From positions 98,517 through 162,516 of the forward strand of contig NIVC01001909.1 in assembly GCA_002269645.1 (NCBI GenBank): 64,000 nucleotides of DNA, given 5' to 3'. The position numbers and the translations under genes were made by a program. This document shows positions 47,419-59,101 of this stretch, one piece after another. The stretch is from Macrostomum lignano (lineage: Eukaryota). Numbering within the stretch: position 1 is the first letter of the stretch; each line of letters opens with the position of its first letter. The notes under the pieces were generated by a model. The model saw nothing but the letters and a program-made list of their open reading frames with translations, did not search any database and was not told the DNA's origin.

Positions 47419-48759
47419 ATGGCAGGTGCCGGTAATTGGCCTCGAGGTCAAGAAGTTCGCCACCAACAATTTGAGGTCGGTCAGGGCCGCAGGTTCTCTG
47501 ATTGCAGAGGACGATACGATTCTAGCGGCCGCGGCAGAGGTCGAGGAGGCGACGGAAGGACGTCAGCACCACGGGAGAACATGAAAAATCAGAAGGCAAA
47601 CTGGAATTTTAGTACTCTACTGTGCGGCCCTGCCGACTCGCAGATTGTGTTTACTGAATACCAAGGCTTTTGCTATCAGAAGGCTAAAGAACTTCGCGAT
47701 AAAGGTCATATTCATGTGCCCCTTTTTCGGACGACGACTGACGAAGAAGTGTGTCAGAATTTTCGAGAAAAGCTACGTTCGATCACAGCATCCATGACCG
47801 AATGCAAAGATTTGCTCAATGAAAATTGCCAATTGAGAGCTTTTATCCGGGTCGGAGATCTGTACTTCAATCACAGAAGCTTCCGGTTTGACAGCCGTCC
47901 TGGACCTCAGCTTAGAGACTTCGGCGATCTACTAGAGTCAGACAAGTTCGAAGAAGCGTCACAACGATTGGACAGATTTTTCAATCCCGACAAAGAAGGA
48001 TTCTACCGGCGGCGTCCAATTACCTCAACATTCGTGACTGATAAAACCGTGGCGAATCATGCCCTGCTGGAGGTGTTTCTCAGCATGCGAGACTTTGAGG
48101 AAGTCAGGGACGACAGCGAAAAAGACGCGATTCTCACCGTTACATTGAACAAAGATCAGAAAAAATTTGAGCTCATCTACGACGCGAAAAATCTGGTATT
48201 GGACTCTGTGATGCTGATCACTAGCAAATGGAATCTAAACATGGTCACAGCAAAGGGTACCAATTACCAGGGCTCATTTAACGAGGTCGCCGACTTCAGA
48301 CTGCAGTTCGAAGCTTCATTTCCCAGCGACACGGAGGAGGTCAATGAGAGCTTGGCTGCCGAAGGATTCAACAAAGAAGACCTGCAGCAGTTGTTCGAAA
48401 GGATCGGCGAGGCACCGCCTGCCTCAGATTTGTTGTCGGATGGCTCCGAGAGGCACTATCGGCTGAAAAGTCTGCCGCAATTGGCAGAGAAGCTGGAATA
48501 TCTTCGCGAGCAGTCTAATAAAACCTTTGTGCGGCATCACGACCGATGGCCACTTCATGTGCGGCTTCGGCAGTTCAAATTCTACAAGCTAGTAAATCCC
48601 GTGGCTGGCGTGTTACATCCGCTGCCCGGGGTCGAGCTGCGGGTCAGCGCTGAGCTGGGCTGCTCCTTGGACACGGAGGTCCTTGGCGATCGGGAGTTCG
48701 CGAGCTACATGTGGGAGTGCTGCCAGCTGATGCAGGACCTGGTGGCCGCTTCGCTGTAG
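47419..48759 (+). CDS. Uncharacterised intronless protein, short paralog (446 aa; RG tract plus ~390-aa globular region)
   Basis: Long open ORF. The core is near-identical to 60798-62747 and the 5' and 3' flanks are also duplicated (~47040-49022 vs ~60480-63007). No domain recognised. Confidence 0.85.
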   Translation: MAGAGNWPRGQEVRHQQFEVGQGRRFSDCRGRYDSSGRGRGRGGDGRTSAPRENMKNQKANWNFSTLLCGPADSQIVFTEYQGFCYQKAKELRDKGHIHVPLFRTTTDEEVCQNFREKLRSITASMTECKDLLNENCQLRAFIRVGDLYFNHRSFRFDSRPGPQLRDFGDLLESDKFEEASQRLDRFFNPDKEGFYRRRPITSTFVTDKTVANHALLEVFLSMRDFEEVRDDSEKDAILTVTLNKDQKKFELIYDAKNLVLDSVMLITSKWNLNMVTAKGTNYQGSFNEVADFRLQFEASFPSDTEEVNESLAAEGFNKEDLQQLFERIGEAPPASDLLSDGSERHYRLKSLPQLAEKLEYLREQSNKTFVRHHDRWPLHVRLRQFKFYKLVNPVAGVLHPLPGVELRVSAELGCSLDTEVLGDREFASYMWECCQLMQDLVAASL

Positions 48760-49029
48760 GCTTGACTCGTTTGTTGAGAGTCGGCCGGACTATTGAAGAA
48801 GTTCGATGTTTGTTTTCAATGTGTTTTCGACGATTATCTATCTTTCTATAAAATCTATGTTCTACAAATTTATTGAAAGCCACAGCGTCATGTCGTTTTT
48901 ATTTGAAGCAGTCTGCTCCTTGAACGCTATGCTCATAAATGCATATGGAATATTGGCGTATATGAGAACGTCCATTATTGAAGCATAGCACAAATTTTAA
49001 CTCTGCTTTACAACTTAGTTTTGTTAAGA

Positions 49030-49225
49030 GCTAGTGAACCCCGTGGCTGCCGTGTTACAGCCGCTGCCCGGGGTTGAGCTGCGAGTCAGCACTGCATGAT
49101 CTGGGCTGCTCCTTGGACCCGGAGGTCCTTGGCGATCCGGAGTTCGCGAGTTACATGTAGGAGTGCTGCCAGCTGATGCAGGCTCTGTGGTGATGCGACT
49201 CTCAACTCGTTCGTTGAGAGTCGGT
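49030..49225 (+). pseudogene. Degenerate tandem fragment of the 3' end of the same gene
   Basis: Aligns to 48588-48790, with indels and TGA/TAG stops. Confidence 0.8.
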
Positions 49226-49889
49226 CGAACTATTTTCACTAAATTTGACCTACTCCTCATCCTGTTTTTTAATCTTCTCGTTTTCCTTCAATATTCTGAG
49301 GTAACGTTCTTTATTGTCTATTTTAATTGTTCTCATCTTAATTCCGTAAACTAACAAATCACTGCACGGTGTTTTCAGATTTTACAGTTTATTTCTGGTG
49401 TATACGAGTAAGCCGGTTTTACGCTCGTGTAATTCTATCATTCCATGTGTCCGAATGTTTATCTTTACTTCTGCCATAATCCACTTAACATCCGTTTGAA
49501 GCCGACGAAAGTAAAATGGTAGAAAAAAATTTACCTACATTTTCCTATACTTCTCCTATGCCTAATTAGCCCGTAATGTGCGATTTTTTAGCAGTTAATA
49601 TCGGAGCGTGAAGAGGAGGGGTTGAATTTATTTGTTATGTGTTATTTCTGTTTTAAAATTGCTATTTAGAGGGCAGTTGTAGGCATGGCAGGGTTCAGAA
49701 ATTAGCTCGTACGAGAATATTACGCGCATAGTTCGCGTGAGCTCGATGTGGATTATTCACCTGCAGCTGATAAATTTGTTTTAATTCAAATAAACTTGTG
49801 TGCATATTTATCAAGTAAAATAACTCCGTCTCACAGTGCGCAACCAGAATTTTTATGAGGGGCGCTGGGGCGGGAGGACAGGAGGATCG

Positions 49890-50135
49890 GCTCAACGGCC
49901 GCGTAGAACAGGTTCTGAATTGAAGACGCTCTTGAGAAGGTAAGTGGCACGCCAGGCCTGGTTTCTCCATGGCCTTTCTCCATGACAATGGCAGCGGGGG
50001 TTCATCAGCAGGGCGACGAGGTACCGGAAGTCCTCACACACCGCGATGCTGTCTCCATTGGGCAGCGTGAGAGTTGTGTGACGGTGTTTGTGCCCACATT
50101 TTGAGACTGTTCGAGCTAAGAATTCATGCCTCTGG
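49890..50135 (-). pseudogene. Decayed non-LTR RT C-terminal fragment (RTE-like)
   Basis: LTLPNGDSIAVCEDFRYL...QAWRATYLLKSVF resembles the post-YADD V.DFKYLGS...AW thumb region. Deletions present. Confidence 0.55.
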
Positions 50136-51404
50136 TCTTTATGACTTGGGTGGGGCGACGGAAGAGAGGAAGCATGCCTTAAGGCTTCAATTTTTGTGCG
50201 CTTCGAAACCAACTCTCTTAATTAATTAAAAGGTAAAGGGAACTAAGCTGTGCATACAGGTGTGACGAATAAAGGCGGGTTTTGTGTAGCGGGTAATTAG
50301 ATAGTTCACGATTTAGTTTAGCAGATCGGCAGGCCGCTTCCAGTGTTGCTTACTTATAGTGTTGCTTAAGACAGCTTAGATTTAGATATATAGAAAAATT
50401 GCTAGGATCGGGATCAGATGATTAAATAATTGGGCCGAGGTAGGCGGCGGAAGAGTTGAGGCAAGGAGGCCGGATAACTAAGGGGTTCGCGAGCCTAGAG
50501 CGAGAAGCGAAGCAAAGAGGGAGGGTAGGGCGAGAGCGGCCGCTGACTGTAGTGTAAGCATATATTTTAATTGCTAGGTAAACAGATAACAAAATCACCC
50601 CCCAATCCGAAACTCAGACAAACCCCCCACGCGCAATGTACATGTACAAATTAATCGATAAAATATATCGTGCAAGAATATCATAACGTCAGTGCATGTA
50701 CATAGATAGAACTACTTTACGAGAAATAATAACGATATGAATGAAATACAAATAATAGAATGAATACATACGAGGCTACAAAAAATAAGGCACTTAACAG
50801 TAACGGAAGCGCGATAATAATACGTATGGAATATTGTTAAAATAAATGAAAGAATACAGTAGTAGTACGGTATGCAAGTGAGATAAAGAAATACGATACA
50901 GATGCTTCTACGAAATTACGAATTACACTTTCACACAGGGATTCTAGGGATTTCGGAGTACATTTCCTATTCATATTTACGACCTCGATCTTATTTAGGG
51001 AGAAATTGGCAAGAATCGATATATGAAGTAGGTTTCCTGCAATCTCAATCTACCTTTTATAATAGTGCTTAATGCTCCGTAAGATATTACTTTTAGTAGT
51101 TGGTTTTGTATACTAATCCCACAGCCAATCCCCGAATTTCTATGCTTTTGTTTGAATGTTACCTTATTGTTTTAATTTTTGGTTTGTTATAGGTCCCGGT
51201 ATATTTTGTTTAATTGTGCTGCTCCCATCAATAGCCAGCCCACCTATGATCCCTCGAAAAATTCCATATAAAGGCGCTAGCTGAAGCCGAAATAGACCAG
51301 AACTCTTTAAACTCTCTCGGTGAGCTCGAGTGATTTATCTACCAATTTGATTAGCTTTAAGAAAAATTCTGCTAAAGGCTTACCTGTCAGTTCTTTATTA
51401 GGGA

Positions 51405-52042
51405 AATACCGAGGTCTTGGAGACCCAGAGTAGGAATCTGGAATAGGGAGTTATCGAGGTCGTAGAGACCCAGAGTAGGGATCTGGAATAGGGAGTTATC
51501 GAGGTCGTAGAGACTCAGAGTAGGGATCTGGAATAGGGAGTTATCGAGGTCGTAGAGACCCAGAGTAGGGATCTGGAATAGGGAGTTGTCGAGGTCGTAG
51601 AGACCCAGAGTAGGGATCTGGAATAGGGAGTTATCGAGGTCGTAGAGACCCAGAGTAGGGATCTGGAATAGGGAGTTGTCGAGGTCGTAGAGACCCAGAG
51701 TAGGGATCTGGAATAGGGAGTTATCGAGATCGTAGAGACTCAGAGTAGGGATCTGGAATAGGGAGTTATCGAGGTCGTAGAAACCTCGGAATAGGGAGTT
51801 ATCGAGGTCGTAGAGACTCAGAATAGGAATCTGGAATAGGGAGTTATCGAGGTCGTAGAGACCTCGAAATAGGGAGTTATCGAGGTCGTAGAGACTCAGA
51901 ATAGGAATCTGGAATAGGGAGTTATCGAGGTCGTAGAGACTCAGAATAGGAATCTGGAATAGGGAGTTATCGAGGTCGTAGAGACTCAGAATAGGGATCT
52001 GAAATGGGGAGTTATCGAGGTCGTAGAGACTCAGAATAGGGA
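51405..52042. repeat. 45-bp minisatellite (GAGTTATCGAGGTCGTAGAGACCCAGAGTAGGGATCTGGAATAGG)
   Basis: About 14 units. Confidence 0.95.
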
Positions 52043-52543
52043 GCAAAAAGCCGTAGAGGCGAAAGAAGCCGTGAAGCTAGGCTCGGTAGGACTAAGTAGC
52101 GATCGTATTACTCGTAGGCATTAGGATCAGGCAGTAGGATTAAGTGTTAAAAGAAATAATTAAGCGTTAAGTGCAAAGGAGAACAAAGCGTAGTTGACAT
52201 GTAGCCTATTGCAGGACACCCTTGGTCCCAGGAGACGCCATTACTTTCAGGATTTTAATCAGAAAAACAGTGTCTTACTGCCCGGGAACTAACCGCTATC
52301 GTAGACTTTCTACGATATCAAGTAAGTATCAACGGTGCTCATATCAACAAGTTCTAAGTATCAACGGTGAAATTCTTAAGTGAGAACAATCAGACCTAGA
52401 ACAACTTGGTGGCATTTCGTGAGATCTATCAGAAGGAAGAATTAGATCTGTTGTTGCGTAGGCTTAGTATTTATTGTTTTTGTTGGTTATAGTTAATACA
52501 GTTATAGGTCATTTCCGTATATCGAGATATGATACGTCCCCGG

Positions 52544-55113
52544 TGTTATGCCAACCATTATCCTAGGCAGAAAAGTATTCGGCTGAATAACTTTAGATGC
52601 GTTATTTTATCTGGGCCCAGATTGAATACGGCACGACATAAGTCGTGCCAAGCGCACTCCTAGGCTGATTTCTCTCTGGGGTTTACGAGATTAAAAACCT
52701 GTGAATAATCAGTTTAAGCTGTGGTTGGATATCACCTACGTCTACATGAACACTGTCAAAGTTTTTATAGCCGCGCATTCTCGTCTGCAAGTCTGTTGAC
52801 AAGATTTTAAAGTCCTCTGACTTTCAGTACACCGAAATCTATGCAGTATACGTACAATTGTACATGTTGTTACGCAATACGTTGCCTATAAATAACTGAA
52901 AGTTTAAATATCAACTACACTGGACTTCGTGCACTTGGCTTCCTTATTTTGAGATACTAATACATAAACATGTCTGTTGCGTATTCCGACATAAAACTTT
53001 ATTTGCTTAGTGGCGCATACGACGTCCCTGTGTCTTTAACAACAACTAAGGAGAAGAATAATTTCAAAAGAAAGGTTCGGCAAAAGGCGCGCAAGTTCAA
53101 GTACGAGGGCCAGCAGCTGTTCTATCAGCTCTCAGCTCGGGATGATAGTCAGAAGAAGCGCCATCGGTCAAGGGAGCGTCGCCTGGAGGTTGAAGAACAA
53201 GAAGAACGGAGTCGATTAATTCAAGAGTATCACACCTCTGCGACTGGAGGAGCTCATCAGGGGATAAAGTCCACCCTATCGAAGCTGCAGGGACGATTTC
53301 ATTGGGACGGCATGACGAAATCTGTGCAAGATTACGTTCAGAAGTGCGCCGTCTGCCAGCGCAACAACAAGAGGGCCGTGGCGAACGAACCCCAGTTGAC
53401 GCCAATTTTGATTCCTTCGATGGCCGAACGAGTATTCGGTTTTGTCTGCGTTGACTACGTCAGGTTCGAGCCATCTTCGAAAGGTGATTGTTTAATCGAT
53501 TAATAGCTTTTGTGGCCACGTGTATCAAATCTAAGTAGCATACTCTCATTCATTTTAATGTAAACTTAACAACACAATGCTCCACAGGGAATCAATACCT
53601 GCTGACGATTTGCTGCAAATTTACCAAATTTGCCCTGGCGTCAGCGCACAGCAGGAACGATGCACTTACAGCCGCAGAACAGCTGTACAAGGCCTTCTGC
53701 GTCTTCTCCTGGCCCGACATCTTGTTGACCGATCAGGGACGAGAGTTCAACAACAATCTGATAAGCTACCTGTCTGAGATGATTGACAAGAGACGAACCT
53801 CTGCTTATCACCCCCAGGTTAGTAAAGTTAATATTTTTTGCCTTCCATGCTCTCAGTAATAAGTCTTAATTCGAATAAGTTCATATTCGATATTAAAGAA
53901 CTGACAATGCTCTTTCAGACCAACGGTCAGTGCGAGCGCCTCAACCAGAGCTTAGTCGCAGCTCTGCGCAAAATGTGCGACCAGGACTCTGACTCTGCGG
54001 CATGGGACGATTATGTCGATGGCGCAGTTCTGGCGTACAACAGTCGCGTGCACTCGACAACTGGCGTCTCGCCTTACAAGGCCGTGTTCGGCAACGAACC
54101 ACGACTTCCCCATGACAGCATCGGACCAGCAGACGCTGCCATGGTCGGTGACGTCACGATTCGTCATGTAGAGAGAAAGTCCGAAGCACGTGGGCGGACC
54201 ATTGAGTTGATGCGTCGACGCATCCGTCGGGCGCAGCAAGCTATGCAGCAGTACCATCAGCAGCGTCTGGCGTCTGCCAGCAGCCTCAGCTTCAAAGTCA
54301 AGGTGCGGCAGACAAGGTGCTGCTGCGGAACTTCGTCCGTGACGATCGGAAAGGCGGCAAATTGAAGACACCATGGTGCGCCAAGGTTTACACGGTCGAA
54401 CGTGTCCTAAGCAACAACCTGTACCGACTCGAGGGGAGATCTACATCGATCAATGGCCGCCACCTGAAAAAATACCACGAATAGGTGATTTACAGAATTT
54501 GAATTTCTAATATTTGAAAGTAGCTTTAGGCTCCTAATTAAAATAATCGTTGCACAAGATCAAAATGCTTGATATGAACGAAAGACTTGACTCAGTAGAA
54601 ACTTTGAGCTTTAAAGCAATGTACACTTAATGGAAGATCTAGAAAGTAGGACTTAAACGATAAGGAAGTTTGATAATTCAACATATGCTCGTAATTTCTT
54701 TGCGCATATTTGAAAATGTGCAGGATTTATTTTAAGGACTGTCTAAATTAGCAATTTACGGATAAATTATTTTTCATAATTCATAACCTTTCATATTTTT
54801 CATATTTCATAGCCTTACAATACGAGCGTATTATAAAGTTTTATAATTTACATAATTTATTTAGTTTTGGATTGCTCTTGTCTTTTTTGTAGCAATATGC
54901 ACTTTACAGTAATAATTTATTGTCTACTTGCAAAGTTGTCGGAATATTTTAAGACGAATAAAATAAGGCATACGATAGTTTCTGCTCAGTGAGTGAGAGA
55001 ATTCAAGATGGTCGAATGAGTTTGGATAAATGAAAAGTATTTGGCCAAATACGTCTGTCGTCTTATTTCATTCAGCCGAATAAAACAACGCAGAAATTTT
55101 TTAAGACGTGACA
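52544..55113 (+). mobile_element. Ginger1-type (gypsy-integrase-related) DNA transposon
   Basis: Termini TGTTA...TGACA, 4-bp CCGG on both sides (52540-52543, 55114-55117). Inverted 13-mer TATTCGGCTGAAT about 32 bp inside each end. Encloses a GIN1-like integrase gene and has no RT or LTRs. Confidence 0.8.
52970..54484 (+). CDS. Ginger transposase/integrase, 3 exons (52970-53483, 53588-53817, 53919-54365/54484), late frameshift
   Basis: GIN1-like N-terminus (KRKVRQKARKFKYEGQQLFY), HHCC (YH..GAHQG...CAVC), DDE (CVDY, LTDQGREF, GQCERLN). GT-AG introns of 104 and 101 bp restore KGNQYLL and SAYHPQTNG. A frameshift near 54300 separates the last ~55 codons (DKVLLRN...INGRHLKKY). Confidence 0.88.
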
Positions 55114-58067
55114 CCGGGGCCCTGCCTCCCATTGTCGCTTAGTGTACATGCAATCTCAGCCCCACCCCAATCTTTTGTGTGTCATTTAGAAATTAAATAT
55201 AAAAGGCTCGATGGCTTGAGTTAGTTTTTTTGAGTGCCCGTTGTTGGCAATGGTCAAAACCTGCCGAGAGTTTGGGCAAAAATCTTTGTCTTGAGAACAC
55301 AAATCTGGTAGCAGAGCGTGGTTCTGAGTTCTAATGTCGTTCGGACTTTCAATTTCAAGTTTTTCTTTTTACTCGAGTAAAATGAACGGCATAAAACTAC
55401 TGTATGCGAAACTTCAAACCAATCCGAGACACTGAAACAGCATGTCATCGGAAAATAGGTTTGTATTGGTTCTTTTTCAACTGCAGACGATAGTATGGAA
55501 ATCCGTCCTAAAAGAATGACTTCAACGCGGAAATTCCGTGTACTGGCCACTCGCAGCAGATTAAAATCAAGCCATTAAAGACCATATGGAGGACACCGAA
55601 TGAGAGCTGGGCTGTGGAAACTGTGTCAGATCTTGAGGTAAGTCAAGCCAGCAGGCGTCCGTTAATCGTACTCAACAACTTCTGAGCAGAGCGACAGTGG
55701 AGACCAGCGGCTCTGACGCTCCTCGTCTTCGAACGCCAGTCAGCCGCTTCATCAATGAAGCTGTGGAAGCTGGGAACTCCCGAGTCAAGCATGATGGCAG
55801 ACAAGAGAGTAGCCCGACCTACAGATTCGCCCCCAGCAACGCTTCATGATCATACGTCCGCAGCTCAAAACATTTCGGCAAGCTACACAGCAGGAATATT
55901 CATAAATTTTTTTGTTCAGAAAATGAGGGTTCTATGTTAATAATGCATATTCTACGTACCATTGTACATGTCCTGTGCCTAAAAATCATTAAAATGGCAC
56001 GGCTTGGCTGATTGGTTTTGAGAATCTATTTAGTCACTCTTAACCGACTGTGTACGGGTAACTATATGTGTGACAGAGATGATAAAATAAATGCATAAAA
56101 CCAGAGATTCGAGCTGTGCCATGCATTTTAATGATTTTTAGGAACAGGAAATGTGCGTAGAATAAAAAAATTACCATAGAATCCTAATTTTCTGAACAAA
56201 GAGCTTTGTGAATATCAATAGAGCTATAAGAAAGGCACAACATATCAAAAGATGAACATAGTGCCTGCTTTATATCGAAAGCAGTAGCAATTTTTGTGCT
56301 GAAAAAATGAAAAAATTTTATCTCCGTAGTGTTTTTTTCGGCGAAAAATGGCCTTGAAAACTTTTCCCATGAAACGTGAGTGTCTCATCCTGCATATACG
56401 TTGCTTTAGTTGTCCTTGGAACTTCCAGGCCAGGGGACGCAGGATTAATCACGCATTTTGAAACTGCTCTACATGACGTATTAATGGGTATATTTGATTA
56501 TTGCAGTTCAAATTGAGTAAAGAAAATTCTCGAGGCTACGGCTATAGGCTAGATAAGACGGGCGCTAGTCAGTCAGATGATGTACATTTGTCTCAATTGT
56601 CTCAAATCTGCTCGCACTATGAATACCTACAACTGATGTGTTCCTTACTACCAAGACTTTCTTAGTAATCAAGGAACAGCTAGGCAACCCAGTACGTCAA
56701 CAGAAGGTATTCAATTACCTTTGAGTCCTTAAATGAGAGCTCTCGTAATAATCCTCGTCCGTAGTATCGCGATCAGTAACTTTCCTGTCCTTCAGGAAGT
56801 TTAGGCGCCTGGTAACAGTTGATCTGGTCCGTTATCTCCTTTGTCCTCTTGACTTCTTGCCGGCCGGTATCTGTAGTTCGGACCAATCGGAAGCTTCCAA
56901 ATTAACAATGGGGATCCCTGCGCCAAACTGCGGTCTTAATTAAGCCTCCTTCTTCTAGCAGTGCCTCTATGCACTCTAGGAATAGCTCCGGAGACCACTG
57001 ATAGTCTTCTAAGATCTATCAGGGGCAGTCCTTCTGGAGACTGCAACCAGGAGAGTCTAAGCAGACTCAGGAGTCTCAACAGACTCACAATAAACTCAAG
57101 TCACTCTTGACTTGAGCAAGACGTCTCTAACAACAACGGCGCAAATAAAGAAGGCTTACCGCAACGACTCGACCGAGTCTTAGTCCAGGAAGTCCGACTA
57201 TGGCTTCCTCTTCGGAGCTCTTCTCCTGCCGGAGGAAATCTGTGGCTCCGGGTCCGTTCCGGACCACTTGTGTTTATAGGCAAATGGACCCCCATGAGGT
57301 CACGTGGGTCCAACTCTTCAACTGTCAAAAAGGTCACGGTTTGGTTGCTGTCAAATATGGCAGGGTAGAAAGTTACTCCATTGGTTTTGTGTAAAAGCGC
57401 GTGATTGGTTATCGCATTCGAGTTATTTTTAGTTACATTTGATTGGGTCACGTGCGCACGGTTGAATGATGCATCTTTCCTGGGGTTTGCGTTTGACAAG
57501 TACAGGTTACACGTGATTGGGTGATTTCTAAATTTAGCATGCTCAAGGTCTCTCTCTCTTCCTATTGGTTAGTCAGAATATACTTATAATTCAAAGCATA
57601 ACTTTATTCAGGCTCTTCAACTTACTACTGAATAAAATGTGTGAGTAGTACGTTAACACTTTTATGTTTTCTTTACCGGAGGTAGAACACTACACAACCA
57701 CGAAAATGGACTGTGTGTGGTGTCGTGCATTATCGTGTAAAAGCTCGCTACCATTATCAGATGTCACTATCCAGGAAGAGTTCGAGAAAGGAGCCAGTCG
57801 AGGGCAACAGAAGAGGCCTTCGATCGTCTGCACGCTTGTATCACTGCCGTCAAAATTGTCTGCGCTCAAAATCGTGTCACTGCCGCGTTTGCGCGCTTCT
57901 GCCAGTGCTTAGTATGCACCCAGGCCCTCGCATTACAGGGCTTGGAGCAGGCTTCTGACTAGATTCCCTGAAAGTTGTGAATAGGAAAGCTACAATAATT
58001 TAGAGACAGCATTAAGATGCGATCATAATTGAAGACACCGCTGCAATGGGCAGGCAGCTCAGCCGCG

Positions 58068-58140
58068 GCTATTCCACGGCGCATCTGAGGGCTGCGTATG
58101 GCTGCTCAGTCCAAGGACTCAGGGTCGCCACACATCCTCA
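58068..58140 (-). mobile_element. 3' fragment of the 5938-6159 SINE family (head fragment at ~58873-58905)
   Basis: CGGCGCATCTGAGGGCTGCGTATGGCTGCTCAGTCCAAGGACT matches 5944-5990. GTCGTGAGTCCGACGCTTTAAC matches 6125-6147. Confidence 0.75.
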
Positions 58141-58872
58141 ATAGGGAATATAATCGCGGGATCCCAGGATTAGGCCCTAAATCCTAGATCCATTAGGCCT
58201 AAATCCCGGGATACAGATTGTCCGCGATCCCGTTTTGCAATAATTCAATCATTCATTCTGGAGTAGTAGTATCTGCAGCTGAGCTACTTGTAAGTTTAAA
58301 ATCATAACCCAGTTGTCGAGCTTTGATTTATTAATCTTTTAAGCATGCAGACTAGTGAGAAGGCTAAGGCTGGAGGGATTCAAAACTGAAGCTGTTGGCA
58401 GATCGTAAGGAGATTTAATTTGTAATAATGCAGAACTACTTTAAGCAGTCCATACCTTCAAAATTCTTTGGTGGAACCTCAACCCAAGCTACCAGTTCCC
58501 ATCCAGGGCGGGTGCTCCTGGGAGGGTGATGTCTGATCCATTTCTTCCCTTGCATCAGTACCTCGGGCCATAGCTCTGTAAGCTATCACTCCCCAGAAGG
58601 GAATACAAAATCCCGAGTTTTGCCAATCCTGGGATTTTCGGGATCGGGATATCCCGGAGGACTTTGCCAATCCCGAGATCCTGGGATTAAAAAAGTTTCT
58701 AATCTTTTTTGGTGCAATTTTCAATCTGTTTCAATAACAAAGTAGAACAGAATAAAATATTTTGCTAACAAGAAACTGACAGTGAGCTCTGAATTAGAGT
58801 GTGATGTACGGTATGATATGCTGGCGCAATAGATGTGCTTTTTTACATGCCACTATCAGCTCAGGAGAATCA
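58140..58872. mobile_element. Composite non-autonomous repeat, sister of 43085-45405, lying between the two SINE fragments
   Basis: Shared AATAATTCAATCATTCATTCT...GCCATAGCTC block, and a shared CCCGGGA-rich block in opposite orientation. Confidence 0.65.
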
Positions 58873-58995
58873 CCTTTCAGTCGTGAGTCCGACGCTTTAA
58901 CCACTAGTCTGAGACTCGGACTCAATGCTAAATTAGCTATAATGGACTTAAACCAAAGATAATCTATTATGTTATCAATCGGCTAGGTACGCTAT

Positions 58996-59019
58996 TCTAT
59001 ATATCTAAATCTAAGCTGT

Positions 59020-59101
<82 letters not shown>

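Noticed and set aside
50270-50560. Possible solo LTR (TGTGACG...GTAAGCA)
   Set aside because: No TSD and no second copy in the window.
55489-55639. Exon-like segment (ctgcag|...GAG|gtaagt) downstream of Ginger
   Set aside because: Stops in all three frames and it lies outside the CCGG-bounded element.
56637-57658. LTR-like segment ending GTTAACA, with a short antisense match to the gypsy LTR end near 57075
   Set aside because: No TSD, PBS or coding remnant identified. The match is too short to be significant.
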